Positions 21,831 to 33,668 of a stretch of 64,000 nucleotides of DNA are shown piece by piece (within the stretch, counting starts at the first letter, position 1; the number at the start of each line of letters is the position of its first letter). This DNA is from Sphyrna mokarran (taxonomy: Eukaryota). A program made the translations under genes and the position numbers. The DNA lies in assembly GCA_024679065.1 (NCBI GenBank), contig JAGIQG010000022.1, forward strand, positions 23,684,001-23,748,000. Reading direction: 5' to 3'. A model generated the notes under the pieces. It saw only the letters and a list, made by a program, of their open reading frames with translations. It made no database searches and had not been told where the DNA came from.

Positions 21831-22829
21831 GTACTTTGTACTTCTTATAGTATTAATGTAAGCCTACTTGTGACGCCAATAAATAAACAGTAAAAAAAAA
21901 TTCGACCTCCTATCTCCAACTGCGAGCTCCCCCGTGACCGGTGGTACACGCCCTCTCACTGATTGGCTCAACCTCTCTTTGTGGGATCCATAGAGCTCTC
22001 AACAATCACGTGGTCCTCGCCTGTGCCTCCCTCTCTGCCCCCCAAACTCCCCCCTTAAAGGGCCATGCTATTACATGGAGATTCTAAGTGGATGTGATCA
22101 CCGTAGAGTTTGAACTGAGAATCTTGAGTTATTCAAGATACACTGTGTCCTGTTTTCATTGTAGGTAGAGTTAGGATATGCCATCAATATGACCAATACT
22201 TAATTTGAAGTAGTCGCTTCTGCTTTCCTCAGAGAAGTCAAAACATTTTAGCTCTTTCCCCTTGTCTGTACAGTCAATATAGCAATTATTTGATATACCC
22301 ACATCTTGCAATGTCCTTGGAGCATTCGGCTGACAGCTGAACACCTTTGTTCAATTAAATACATTTTAAAATAGAGAAGGATATGACTCAGTGAGTATCA
22401 AGAGGACACTCAATGTCATTATACGATCACAGGTAATTAAAACTCCTTGGCTCCTGCCATTATTCATGCACAGTTCCTTCATAATTTGTCAGCTTTCTGA
22501 ACCAGAGAAAGAGGTCCTAGAATAGGTTCAAAGAAGGCCTGCTGAAATTAAGTTACCCTGACAGTCACAGAGTACTGGTCTTTCTACTATGGAATACCAT
22601 TGACTTAGGTGAGGTTTAATTACAGTATTTAAATTTATAAAGGGATTATCGGTGTGGATATTTATTTTGAATAGAAAAGTTAAGCAAAAGGTTAGCATTC
22701 TATCTGATCCTCAGCTAAACTTCCAATCCAAGATTGTCTTCATTGCAAAAATATTGTAAGCTTCATCTCTACTCTGTAAGTTTAATTGCACAGCAAATGT
22801 TGCTTTACGTATCTTAATTCCCACACTGA

Positions 22830-23557
22830 GGGGAGATGATGGCCTAGTGATATTAGCACTAGATGATTAATCTAGAAAATTAACTATTGTTCTGGGGACC
22901 TGAGTTCAAATCTGACCATGATTTTGAATTCAATAAAAAAAAACTAGTATTACGAGTGAACTGATGACCATGAAACATTTTTGATTGTTGGAAAAACCCA
23001 TCTGGTTCACTAATGTTCTTTAGAGAAGAAAATATCCATCCTTACCTAGTCTGGCCTACATGTGACTCCAGAGTCACATCAATGTGGTTGACTCTCAACT
23101 CCCTCTGGCACGGCTTTGTCAAGGACAACTTGGGTGGTACCGTTTATACTGCTGCCTCACAGTACCAGGGACTCAGGTTCAATTCCGGCCTTGGATCACT
23201 GTCTGTGTGAAGTTTGCATGTTCTCCCTGTATCTGTGTGGGTTTCCTCAGAGAGTACCCATTACCTCCCACATCCAAAGATGTGCAGGTTAGGTGGATTA
23301 GTCATGTTAAATTGTCCTTTGTGTCCCAAGATGTGTAAGATTAGGTGGATTGGCCATGCTATATTAACCTTAGTGTGAAGGGGAAAGGCAGGGTAAATGC
23401 ATGGAGTTACAGGGAAAGGGCCTGGGTGGGATTGTTATTGGTGCAGGCTTGATGGGCTGAATAGCTTCCTTCTGCACTGTAGGGATTCTATGATTCTAAC
23501 TAAGGATGGGTAATAAATGCTGCCCAGCCTATGTACCATGAATGAATAAAAAAAAAT
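22830..23557 (+). mobile_element. SINE family B interrupted by HE1
   Basis: Head GGGGAGATGATGGCCTAGTG...GTTCAAATC; body to about 23105; tail AACTAAGGATGGGTAATAAATGC...poly-A from about 23498. Confidence 0.85.
23106..23498 (+). mobile_element. HE1/V-SINE
   Basis: CTGCTGCCTCACAG...duplicated TTAGGTGGATT..CATG.TA segment...GGGATTCTATGATTCT. Confidence 0.9.
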
Positions 23558-23574
23558 GCTCACTAAACTACATT

Positions 23575-23946
23575 CCCTCCCAGTCCACTAAGATCCGAAT
23601 TGTCAAATTCTTCTCTTGTGTTCAATCCATACCAGGTCTTACATTTTCCTACCCACCCCTCTATTCAATTTTGTAACATTCTCTAGCCCTTGCACTCTCG
23701 GGAAACTCTGCCTTCCAACTCTGGTTTCTTGTGAATCTCTCATTTCATTCATCCTGCTGCTGATAACTGGGCCTCCAGTCACCTTGATCCTAAGCTCTGG
23801 AATTACTACCCTAAATCTCTCTGCCTCTCTAGCTCAAGGCATTGCTTGTAAACTATCTCTTTAATCAAGCCTTCTCCAGTTACATTCCTGCAAGTCTCCT
23901 TGATTTGTTCTAGAGGTGAAATGTAAATGCATGTCTCTGTTATTGT
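23575..23946 (+). mobile_element. L2-clade LINE 3' remnant
   Basis: CCTAAGCTCTGGAATT..CCCTAAA...AAACTATCTCTTTAATCAAGC...AAATGCA...GTTATTG. Confidence 0.55.
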
Positions 23947-24539
23947 GAGAATAACACCTGGCATCACCAGAAATTTCTGCAGGCCTTGGCACACAAGCCT
24001 GCCAATACTACAGCCAACAAAGAAACGTTTGTAGAACATTATGATCCATCGTACATTTACCATACAGTGACAGCACTATTGCTGTGGCCAATACATTCAT
24101 TATGGCCTTTAGCCCTTGGTTTGTTTTTAGTCTGAAATGTCAGCCACTGCATTGCTCACGCATGCATCAGTTAGATGGTTGATGCAGCATGGCCAACACT
24201 GGCATCTCTTTGGACATTGAATACAAACTGTCCAATGTCACCTTCCTGCTACATTTCTCAAATACAGGTAACACTAAGGGTTGTGTTTCAGTGTAGCTTA
24301 TCTTTGATATTAGTTAGTGACTATACATTTCTGTTATGCTTATTTGGTATGGAAGTCTTTGGAAGAAGTGAGTGTGGTAAGGCTTTCAACTGCACATACC
24401 TTGCACAGTGCAGAGATATGGGCGTGCATGAGACACATTTGAAGTTTTTGGCAAACGAAGACAGTAAATGCAGGGCAGGCAGCTTTGTGACATTCATTCA
24501 TCTGCCATCTACCTCACTGAAGCCAATCCCTCCAGCATC

Positions 24540-24850
24540 ACAACTATGATGGTGTGAAATCAGTTCTTCTGTTCCGGACACTCCATCAGCATGCACAGTT
24601 ATCAGCTTCTGAAGCTGATCCTTTTTGCACAATTTAAAGTTGATAATAAATCTCAAGAAGGAGAGAGAACATGTTTTAAGGGCATTCTGGCGGTCTCGTT
24701 AAAAAGGAGACAAATTGATGTTGATGCATGGGAGGAACTTGCAATGAACTGTATAACATTTAGCAGCCCCTCATCATCCAATAAGCCACAACATCATCGG
24801 AAACAGACTACATGTCATGGGGAAACGATGAAAGTGGAAAAAAAGAGAAC
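24540..24850 (+). mobile_element. RTE-clade LINE C-terminal remnant
   Basis: ORF 24591-24854 QEGERTCFKGILAVSLKRRQIDVDAWEELA resembles the RTE motif GGQRKRFKD.LK.SLK...ID...WE.LA. Confidence 0.6.
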
Positions 24851-25305
24851 ATAAAGTGATGGCTAGAGGAACCTCCCCATTCCCCAAATCCTGTTGTCAT
24901 TATCTCCCCTCTCCCCCTACCTCCTCCACTACCAGCACCACTCACTCTTAGGCCAATTCCTACCTCCATGGCCCACAGACGTCCGGCTCCAGGATTGACT
25001 TGCTGAATCACCTTAGGACACATATATCATAATGCCTGGCAGACATTATCCTTCTTTCAAGGAATTGACAATGGCATGGTATTGTTGGATGGCCTTCAGA
25101 TCTATCATAATGTCCCTTAAACTCCTTGTTCGTTCCTCATGTCTGGGTGATCCTGTGGAGACATCATATTGGCCAAGCAAATACAGCATGCAGCAGTAAA
25201 AACAGAAAAATGCTGGAAAATCCCAACAGATCTAACAGCATCTGTGGAGAGAGAGAATAGAGCCAAAGTTTTGAATTTGAATTTGAGGTCAGGGCTGTCA
25301 TTTTG

Positions 25306-25344
25306 ACCTCTGATGAAGGGTCATTCTGACTTGAAACATTGGTT
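25306..25344 (+). ncRNA. Hammerhead motif (family 2) with intact core
   Basis: CTGATGA-A-GGGTC-ATTCT-GACTT-GAAAC-ATT. Confidence 0.6.
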
Positions 25345-25420
25345 CTATTCTCCCCCTCTACAGATACTGCAGGCCTGTTGAGATTTTCCAGCATTTCTTA
25401 TTTTTATTTCAAATTCAGAA

Positions 25421-25741
25421 GCGGAATGATGGCACAATAGTCAGCATAGCTACCTTCCAGTGCTAGGGTCCCAAGTTCAATTCTGACCTCAGGTCACTTT
25501 CTGTGTGGAGTTTGCACATTCTCCCCATGTCTGAGTGGATTTCCATTGGATGCTCCAGTTTCCTCCCACAGTCCAAAAGTGAGCAGGTTAGATTGATTGG
25601 CCATGCTAAATGGACCCTAGTGTTAGGGGAATTAGCAGGGTATATGTGTGGGGTTGTGGTAAAGGACTTGGGTGGGATTGGGGTTGGTACAGACTCAATG
25701 GGCCAAATAGCCTCCTTTTGTACTGTAGGGATTCTATGATT
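25421..25741 (+). mobile_element. HE1/V-SINE
   Basis: Head, V-domain and tail GGGATTCTATGATT. Confidence 0.9.
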
Positions 25742-26749
25742 CCAGCATCCACAATATTTCGTCTTGCAGTTTGTCTATTTCTGAAACTTCAAACAGTGAA
25801 CAGGTTGTTCTGCCCATAGAGTCTAATTTGTGCCTCTACACTGGGCATTCCATCCTTTCAGGCCTGTTATTTTATCTTACTCCACTCCACATGAGAAACA
25901 AAGCTATAATGTGCTGTAATATTTGAGTCTTTTGAGGACTCCAACAATTTTTGTGTTCGATATGCGAGCATTAACCTTCGAATGACTTTACCACTTCAAA
26001 TTTGAACATAAGGACAGCATAGTTTTCACCCAGCCAGTGACATTTTAAAATCGATTCCTGTGCAGCGATTGATGAAAAGCACCTCATCCCTGCCAACATG
26101 TGAATTGGGCCTGCAGCAGTAAAATTGATGGCTTTCATCCAGGACATCTAATTTGCCTCATTTATATTTTTACAGGACACATTCTGTGATCTAACAAATG
26201 GTTTCATGAATCCAGCACCAAATATGCAAGCTCCATTGTAATTGTACAATCAACAGGAACACCAAGCTACACGATTCATTCTGGACTACATAATGCTAAT
26301 ACAAAAAATTAATGTTGAAGTTTCTAGTTCACAAAAGCATTAATTACAGTACATCTCTGAGAAATGCTGTCATTTTTTCATTGCATATCACACACTCTAA
26401 ATGTGACAGCAGAAACAAAGTACTGCTGCAAGATCTTCATAATAAAGTTGCAGACATGTGGCAGCATTTTTTGATGTGGACTGACTACGAGTGAGGCCTT
26501 ACCAGTGGGACAGAGTATCAAAAATTGAACCTAATACAAAAGTGGACAATGCCTGAATATCATTTGTCCGTCTTGACTCTTGATCTCCTGAAACTTGAAG
26601 AGCTTTGACAATAACTGTTTCAGATTGACTAGACCCTTCAATTATGAATCAATAATCATGCAAAAGCCCATTTCCATCATCTGGAGAGGTTGGGCAGAGC
26701 ATTCAAATTGAACTGAGAAATTTTGTGACATGCCTCATTAATCCGCAGA

Positions 26750-27440
26750 AGATGATAAAGTCAGTGAATGAAGACTATCCGGGGAATATAATTTACTCGG
26801 AGTTTTCAGAAGGCTTTTGATGAAAATTTTGTGATTGACACTTTAAAACAGAAAGATTAAGCCTTGTCAAGTTGGTGGAAAACTCCCAACCTGGTTTTCA
26901 AAGCTGGCTGTGTGCAGCAGGAAACAGAAACTAGTGATCAGTGGAAAATGTTCTTACTAGCAGAAATCTACAGGGGTATCTCCTCTGTCTCTCAATGCTC
27001 AATGCTATGTATGAATAATTTGAGGGAAATTTGCAAGGTCTGCTTATGACATAATTCTAAGCTGCCTGATGACAAGTAGTCAAAAGCCATTGAAGTGTCA
27101 AGGAAGGGTCAAGGAATGTATTGATGGGTCAAAGAAGAACCGATGGAATTTGATGTAAATATGAAGAAAAGAATGCTGACATGAAGGAAAAATTGCAATT
27201 CTGAAATAGACCCATTGATCATCAGGTTAAGTGAAGCATATCACTTATTCCATTACAGACAGGACATCAAAAAATTAGAAAATTGTTTGTGTAGCCAGAT
27301 TGACATCAACAAAACCCAACAAAAATACATCAAGTGGCTAAAAAAAGTGGGAATATCAGCAGAAATCTAGTAAGAGATACTATGTCGTCCCCAACAATTA
27401 TACAAGGCTTCTATACAATAAATGGGCACTGCACGTTGGT
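26750..27440 (+). mobile_element. Highly decayed CR1 RT remnant
   Basis: ATAATTTACTCGGAGTTTTCAGAAGGCTTTTGAT resembles IYLDFQKAFD; later ATGGAATTTGATGTAAAT resembles M.FN..K. Confidence 0.55.
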
Positions 27441-27554
27441 GGTTAACACTTTATAGACTTTGACAAGTGGCTTTCAATAACGCTCATTAGTAACAGTGGA
27501 AATGGATTTGGATTTGATTGCTGAGTAGTCACTGGACACATACTGTAGTCAACC

Positions 27555-28050
27555 ATAGAGTCATTGAAACATAAGTGCAGAAAAGCCCTTTGGCCCATTG
27601 AGTCTGCACCTACAACATCTACCACTAAAGGTGTGCTAATCCCATTTTCCCTGCACTTGACCCATAACCTTGAATGCTATGATAGTTCAAGTGTTCATCC
27701 AATATTTTTTGAAGGTTGTAATGTTTTCAGCTTTGACTGCTTTCCCAGGTAGTGCATTCCAGATTCCCATCACCCTCTAGGTAAAAAAGTTTTTTTTTCT
27801 CAAATCTCCTCTGAATCTCCTGCCCCAACCCTAAAACTATGCTCCCTTGTGATTGACCCCTCAACCCAGGGGAACAATTGCTTCCTATGTACCCTGGCCA
27901 CACCTTTCATAATCTTATACACCTCAATCATGTCCCCCCCTTAGCCTTCTCTGATCTGAAGAAGACAATCCAAGCCTCCTTATGGCTCAATTGTTTCATC
28001 CCAAGCAGATGAATCTGCTCTGTATGCCCTCTAAGGCTGTCAATCTGAAG
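27555..28050 (-). mobile_element. CR1 LINE 3' fragment
   Basis: CATAGAGTCATTGAA tail complement; TTTCATAATCTTATACACCTCAATCATGTCCCC (GDMIEVYKIMK on the minus strand). Confidence 0.88.
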
Positions 28051-28904
28051 CAGTTATAAGTGAGAGCCAGCAAATTCCAGGAGATGTTTCAAAGTTATTT
28101 GAACAGGATTGATTAAAATAATTCTGATAGCCTTGAATTCAATCATTGACCACGTTGGATTCAGGTCAGTTTTTGATGTTCTGCACCATCTCCCACGTAG
28201 CCCAACCCCATTTCTAAAGTCACTGCTGTGTATCTGGAATTGTCTGTTAAACATCGGCTGTGTGAGGTTGCTTCAGCACCACACAAATCTTATAAAATAT
28301 AAGTCATGATGCACTAAACATGCCATGTTATCTTCAAAAGGGCACTCATGTCTTCACTGAGTTAGTGGAGAAGTAACAAACACAATTCGTAAATTCTAGC
28401 GGTAATGAAAAGAGATTTGTTGAGATAAATTTGTTTTTGCAAAAATAAAAAAGATTGGCAGGATACTTAATCAGAGGCTTTAAAATGTTCAGCGACACAG
28501 TTGCTTGAGCCACTACTGCGTGATCTGTCTTGGCTTGAGAGTGCAAAACCAAAACTGGTTAATTTAAAGAAACTCAAACCAGTCCACAGATTGGAAGAAT
28601 TACTTTTTTTCTTCCTCTTACAATGGTAAAGGAAAAATTAATGGATGTTGTGGCAAGATCAAGATATAGCTGAGGAGTAACATTGGAAGCTGTTATAAAT
28701 TTGGGTCTCATAAATATTTTGTCACCATTAATTCCAACAATTCTTCTCTTAACATCTTACTTATATGGGGTCACGAATGGTGTGGTTAACACAGTTGAAT
28801 CTTAATATTTGTAGGAAAGAATGAGTCTGAAGTCAGCCTGCACCTTAAATTAGATTTATTTCCACATATGCAGAGTAAAAACAATGACCACCCTGCCCTC
28901 AAAA

Positions 28905-29130
28905 CACCAACAGGATTTCCGACAGTGAACTTGGCTCACCAACGGCCATCAGCAGGATCTTCCAGTCCTGCCGACGTCTATGGCATCTTGTATTGCTTGT
29001 TTGTCCTGCCACTGGGGAAGTTGCCATGGATGGGTTGGAGAGGGAGTGGAGTGGGGATGGGGGTTGCATGGGAGTCGCCTTTGGCAGGACTACAACACCC
29101 CGCTGGTAAGAAGGGCTGGAAAATCCTGCC
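28905..29130. mobile_element. Short Harbinger-like MITE inserted in the Copia 3' LTR
   Basis: CAGGATTTCC...GCAGGATCTTCCAGTCCTGCC...GGCAGGACT...GCTGGAAAATCCTGCCC; hairpin-like; related copies near 40720, 47680, 49850. Confidence 0.6.
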
Positions 29131-30085
29131 CACGGCCTTTCCAATTGCCCACCCAATGTGATCATCTTTTTTATAATCTTGTAATGAAGCCCTGATAGTT
29201 GGGAGAAGTTGCTCTTGATTATCGAAATATAACATATACCCTATTGCAGCATACGTGCAGCATTAATAGATTTCCCCTTTCTAAAACAGAATAAAAGGTA
29301 CATTCAAATAAAAAGTAAACTGAAGACAGAGAAATAAGGCACACATTTTCAAAACTCACATCTTACTCGTCCTTCTAATGCCCTCAATAAGTTTTCACTA
29401 TGAGTGGATGGAACAATTTGGTAACCGATGGCTTATACCAACCCATTAGAACTTAGAAGCTTCCTTTATCTCCACCGTTTGTTTTAGACTTGCAATACCA
29501 ACTGTTAATCATCTCTCACTCACATTTTTTGTGGATTGTATGTTATCCCAACAGGATACGACATCCTGTTGGGACATTTCTTCTGTTATTTTCCACATAT
29601 AATGGGGGAATTTCTGTCCCTATTTTTGGCGGATGGAAATGGGGATCAGGAGCAGAGAATCAAGGGGGTGTCTCAAAACAGCTTTCACATTGGTGGGATT
29701 TCCCTGCTCAATTGTTCCCCGTCACCCTCCGCACCCGCCCCGCCATTAGTGTTCCTGCCATGCAGTCGGAGTGGAGTGGGGTAATTGAAATATTTTGACA
29801 TTGAAGCTCATATTAAAATGCACATTTAGAAGAAATAGATGAATATTAAAAGTTTCAAAGTTAGCCATGGGAGCCATTCAGGCATGATGGGAAAACTAGT
29901 CAGAATATGGCATTAAGGAGATAGTCAAGCAAATGCTGAGTTCTCCTGCTCCCTCTAATTCTTCCCTTGATGAAAGCTTCCCTGCATGTACATAAGGCAT
30001 TTAAATGAGCATAAAAATGGAACTAATAGCAGTTCCTTCAAGAGCAAGGAGTGCGTTCAGCAACGCTGACAGAAACTTTGGATTC

Positions 30086-30496
30086 CTACCCTATACCACC
30101 TGGTACAAAATATACCCCACCCCCACCAATCATTTGCAAAGAATTTTTTGCACATACTGCCCATACCAGTGCAGTTTGCAACTTATATTCTGGTTGGTCA
30201 ACCAGTATCTGATGTAACACTTTGTCAATTACTGCATAATTCTTCCCACACAAGCCATTGCTGAAGGTGCTCTCAACTGCAGTATTCATGGCTATGACAA
30301 TCAGATTTTCACACAGATTGTCCCAAAAATGATCATTTGCAAATTCCCCTCTATTGTCTGTTAGGAATTTTGTCAGTACTCCGAATCCAAAGCCCATCCA
30401 TTTCTCCGTGAGTTTATCTACAATGGTTTGTTTATCCTTGCCATTTATTGCTGTAGGTTGGCTACATTTACACACCATATCGACAAAGTGTAACAA
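30086..30496 (-). pseudogene. Copia (GalEa-type) integrase core remnant
   Basis: LHFVDM...KFLTDNRGEFAND...NTAVESTFSNGLCGKNYAVID...ALVWAVCAKNSLQM matches the DDE integrase pattern TDNGGEF / SNG.CERNH. Confidence 0.85.
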
Positions 30497-32117
30497 AAAA
30501 AAAGTGTTGTCCCATAATCGTAAAATATATTACCACTAAATCATTAAATACTCTGTCCAGCAGCGGAGAACAGGTCTTATTGCCCTTCAATATTTAATAC
30601 AAATATCACACTGAACTGTAACTTGCTCAATAATGGTGTTGTATTCTTTATCAACCACTCCAACTTCTCTTGACAGAGTTTTCCATTTTTGTGATGCTGG
30701 ATGTGCAAAATGTAAATTCCAGATAATCTTTTCTCTTGTCCAACAAACCTTTATCCCCAAAAGTTAACAATATTGCAGTTCAATGTCTTTCCTGAATACA
30801 GTTGCTTTATCATTTTCTATGTCTAATTTCATCTGTACTATTTTATCAAAAGTTGGCTCAACAACATAAGCATCTCACGAGAGACTGCATCAGTACTGAT
30901 GAAGAGACAGGTCCCAGCATTTTTGCATGGGAGGATTGCCTTTCTGAAAGATGCTAACATCTTGTCATCCCCAAACCTAAAATATTTGGAGCTTCTGTAT
31001 TCTAGATTTCGCCAATCTGCTTCATCAAGAGATTCCAGTTAGCAGTGAAGCCAATCCACTCCACATACTGGAAGTGCAACACCTATTTAAAACTGTACAG
31101 TTAAACAAATCAGCAAACAAAATACTCATCACCACATTCAAACTCCCAGTGACCTTCACAATGATTTCTTGGCAGTCACCATCAACATTCTCAGCATTGA
31201 AATTATCTGTTTCATGCAATACTTCAAAAACATTATTCTTTCATTGTGGGAAATTCATTGCTTAATGATATTTAGAATGACAAAAACACTACCATTAATT
31301 ATTCCTGCTGCATTGCTCAGAATCAAGGTAGATATCCCAGACCTATTCTTGTCTCAATTCTCAAATTGGCTAAAAGTGCAGCCATCTTCAGCATGCTATC
31401 AACAACGCCATCTTTGAACTGAAACCTGCGTCAAATACCTTCGTGACTTAGAACCATAGAGTCTTCCCTCTTTTGCCTTGTAGCAGAGTTTGTCTGTATA
31501 TAATAGAAACTTTGCTGCAAATGTCTTACTTTCCCAAAATCTGGTTATCTGGTCTTGGCACAAGCCTTTCCATGAAATTGAATGCTGGCCAAAACCAAAA
31601 GTCTATCGACATGAAAAGAAACATACCCATTCCAATCACTTGAAAGCCAATGTGGACCCCTGGATTTTAAGGTTAAACTTTTTCAATCTTTTATAATCAC
31701 TTATCAAAGTCCATAATATATTCTGCCATGAACTGATCATCCATTTTCATAAATCCATCATAAGTTGACCCTGCTTGATGTGCTTGAGCCAATTATACTT
31801 TTGTAAAATTTCCCAAAAACAGGAATAGAAATCTCTCTTCAGCGTCCAAGTCACCCATATCCAATTCTAAAAATACTTTACACCTAATTTTTGGCAGGTA
31901 ATGACAAAACCAAGACCACATTTCGCTTCCTCGGAGTACTGTTTCGGGCCCACATTTCAACTTCATTTCTCCATTGCCAATATTCTTCTGTCTCCAAGAG
32001 GAAATAGTTGATAGCCAAAGTCTAAGATTGTCTGCCATTCTGTAACTGCTTCTTTTCGTCTCAGAGGATAGAGACAAAAACTTCTTATTTAACTGTCAAT
32101 CACCACAGCTTAATGTT

Positions 32118-32132
32118 CATCCTCTGCCACCA
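32118..32132 (-). promoter_or_regulatory. Primer-binding site resembling the complement of initiator tRNA-Met
   Basis: Minus strand TAACA|TGGTGGCAGAGGATG versus canonical TGGTAGCAGAGGATG, directly after the LTR end. Confidence 0.8.
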
Positions 32133-32409
32133 TGTTAAATCTAGTATTTATATGTTGAGGAAAGAATGAGCCTGAAACCAGCCTTTGGTCTGTTGAGCCG
32201 GCAGGGAAACTCATTGTATTTATGTAGGAATGAGTAATGTCAACATTTTACTTTAGTATTTTTCAGAGATCAAGAAATACTTCTGGGGAGTCTCCTCAAG
32301 AACACCATACCCAGAATCAGTGTACAATCGTTTAGATATTACATAGTTTAGGGAAGAAAAAAAACACTGGTGACCAAATGCCACTTTCTGCTCTATGTTT
32401 TCTTATAGG

Positions 32410-32524
32410 TTCGGTGTTGAATTGGGGTAGGCACAATAAAACGTCTGACAACACCAGGTTAAAGTCCGACAGGTTTATTTGGAATCACGGGCTTTCAGAG
32501 CACTGCTCCTTCATCAGATGAGTC
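32410..32524 (-). mobile_element. Penelope pLTR fragment with hammerhead motif (32486-32520)
   Basis: ACAACACCAGGTTAAAGTCCGACAGGTTTATTTGG..GCTTTCAGAGCACTGCTCCTTCATCAG; minus strand CTGATGAAGGAGCAGTGCTCTGAAAGC. Confidence 0.85.
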
Positions 32525-33519
32525 TTACATGTTTAGATAAACTGAGGGAGAGCAGCTTGGAACTAAAAAGTGAACAGCACTTTCTTGATAGAGTGATATG
32601 ATGTGCTCACTCAGAATCAATGTACACACAGTAGCAGATGATGCAGCAGCAGGTTTCATAAAAGTGGAGTCTTATGTGTTACATTCATGAGGCATCTCTT
32701 TTCCAAATCTAAATACACTCATATCTGTAACATGTTGCTTCCATGAATATCACCTACCGAGTCTGATATTAACAGCACTTCTGTTTTGGGAGTTATGGCA
32801 AAGCTTCCCAGTTCAATCCCTCTTCTGCTCAGTTACTTTGCCCTTTTATACAAACAGTCTGGAAAAGGGTAATGGATATTACAAATGAGTCAGGCAATAT
32901 TTAATTAATAATATCCATTTGTGCAAAGTCCATGAGGCAATAAATAATCTCATTGTCTCGACATACTGAGGCTGCAGAATATGATTCATTGATTGTGAAG
33001 GGCAATCCAGACAGATGGATGCTACCAATATTGTGCTTTATTTGTGAAATTGAGTGTGGGTAGCTTCGCAATTCTGAGAGATTAAACTGGCGAGGATCTA
33101 ATTCAGTTGGGATAATCATAATGTCATGATCATGTGCAACATGATACTTGTCTTTCTGTGGTATAATGTTCCTTACAGTCAAATCTCTGCTGCATGGAAA
33201 TGATTATATGTCAAACACATGATCCTAATACTTTACGATGATAGGCTCAACTTCATTCCATTGCTAAATATAACTGGAGGTGAGCCTTGGCAAAGAAAAG
33301 GATCACTAATTTTGATTAAAAAAAAACATTCTCTTCTGTCAGTTCCAGCACAAACATCTTTGGCATTGGTAGCTAATTTTCAAGTTCAAATCCACTTTAG
33401 CAATGATCAACATCTTTAGATCAAAGCAAATATTGCCTTTGTTTCTATTCTGCTTCCTAATGAATCTGTGCAAGGGATTCGAGCAATAGAGCTTGATGCG
33501 GTTTGAAGTCCAAAAAGAT

Positions 33520-33668
33520 ATGCTGATTCGGTGCATTGGCCATGCTAAATTCTTCCTCAGTGTATCCGGACAGGCGCTGGAGTGTGGTGACTAGGGGATT
33601 TTCACAGTAACTTCATTGCAGTGTCAATATAAGCCTACTTGTGACACTAATGAATAACCTTTAAACTT
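33520..33668 (+). mobile_element. V-SINE type 2, 3' half
   Basis: GGTGCATTGGCCATGCTAAATTCTTCCTCAG...CCTACTTGTGACACTAAT..TTTAAACTTT. Confidence 0.9.

Larger units (their letters stand above)
21492..21890 (+). mobile_element. V-SINE type 2, 3' half, interrupted by PLE repeats
   Basis: GCTATGCTAAATACTCCCTCAG...CAGTAACTTTGTTGCAGTGTTA / TTAATGTAAGCCTACTTGTGACGCCAATAAATAAAC. Confidence 0.85.
21382..22075 (-). mobile_element. Solo LTR with 5 bp TSD (TGGAG), containing nested insertions
   Basis: Termini TGTAATAG...CTATTACA; TGGAG at 21377-21381 and 22076-22080; AATAAA on the minus strand near the left end. Confidence 0.85.
25197..25765. mobile_element. Palindromic PLE pLTR pair (family 2), right arm split by HE1
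   Basis: AAATGCTGGAAAATC..CAG..CAGCATCTGTGGAG versus CTACAGATACTGC...GATTTTCCAGCATTT; resumes TCCAGCATCC at 25741. Confidence 0.8.
28793..32400 (-). mobile_element. Decayed Ty1/Copia LTR retrotransposon, GalEa-like (gag-PR-INT...RH; most RT apparently missing)
   Basis: Related LTR edges at 28793 and 32133 (GGAAAGAATGAG.CTGAA..CAGCC); tRNAi-Met-like PBS; protease FNCTVLNRCCTS (~31090); LHFAHP (~30700); integrase core; RNase H-like KNVSE..LTVGIASLKQ (~29500); PPT complement TTTCCCCTTTCT (~29275). Confidence 0.82.

Noticed and set aside
22961-22980. CTGATGACCATGAAAC resembling a hammerhead core
   Set aside because: There is no room for stem II, and other family-B SINE copies read ATGATGA or ATGAAGA here.
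24175-24549. 124 aa ORF
   Set aside because: No domain or exon signals, and it adjoins a decayed RTE remnant.
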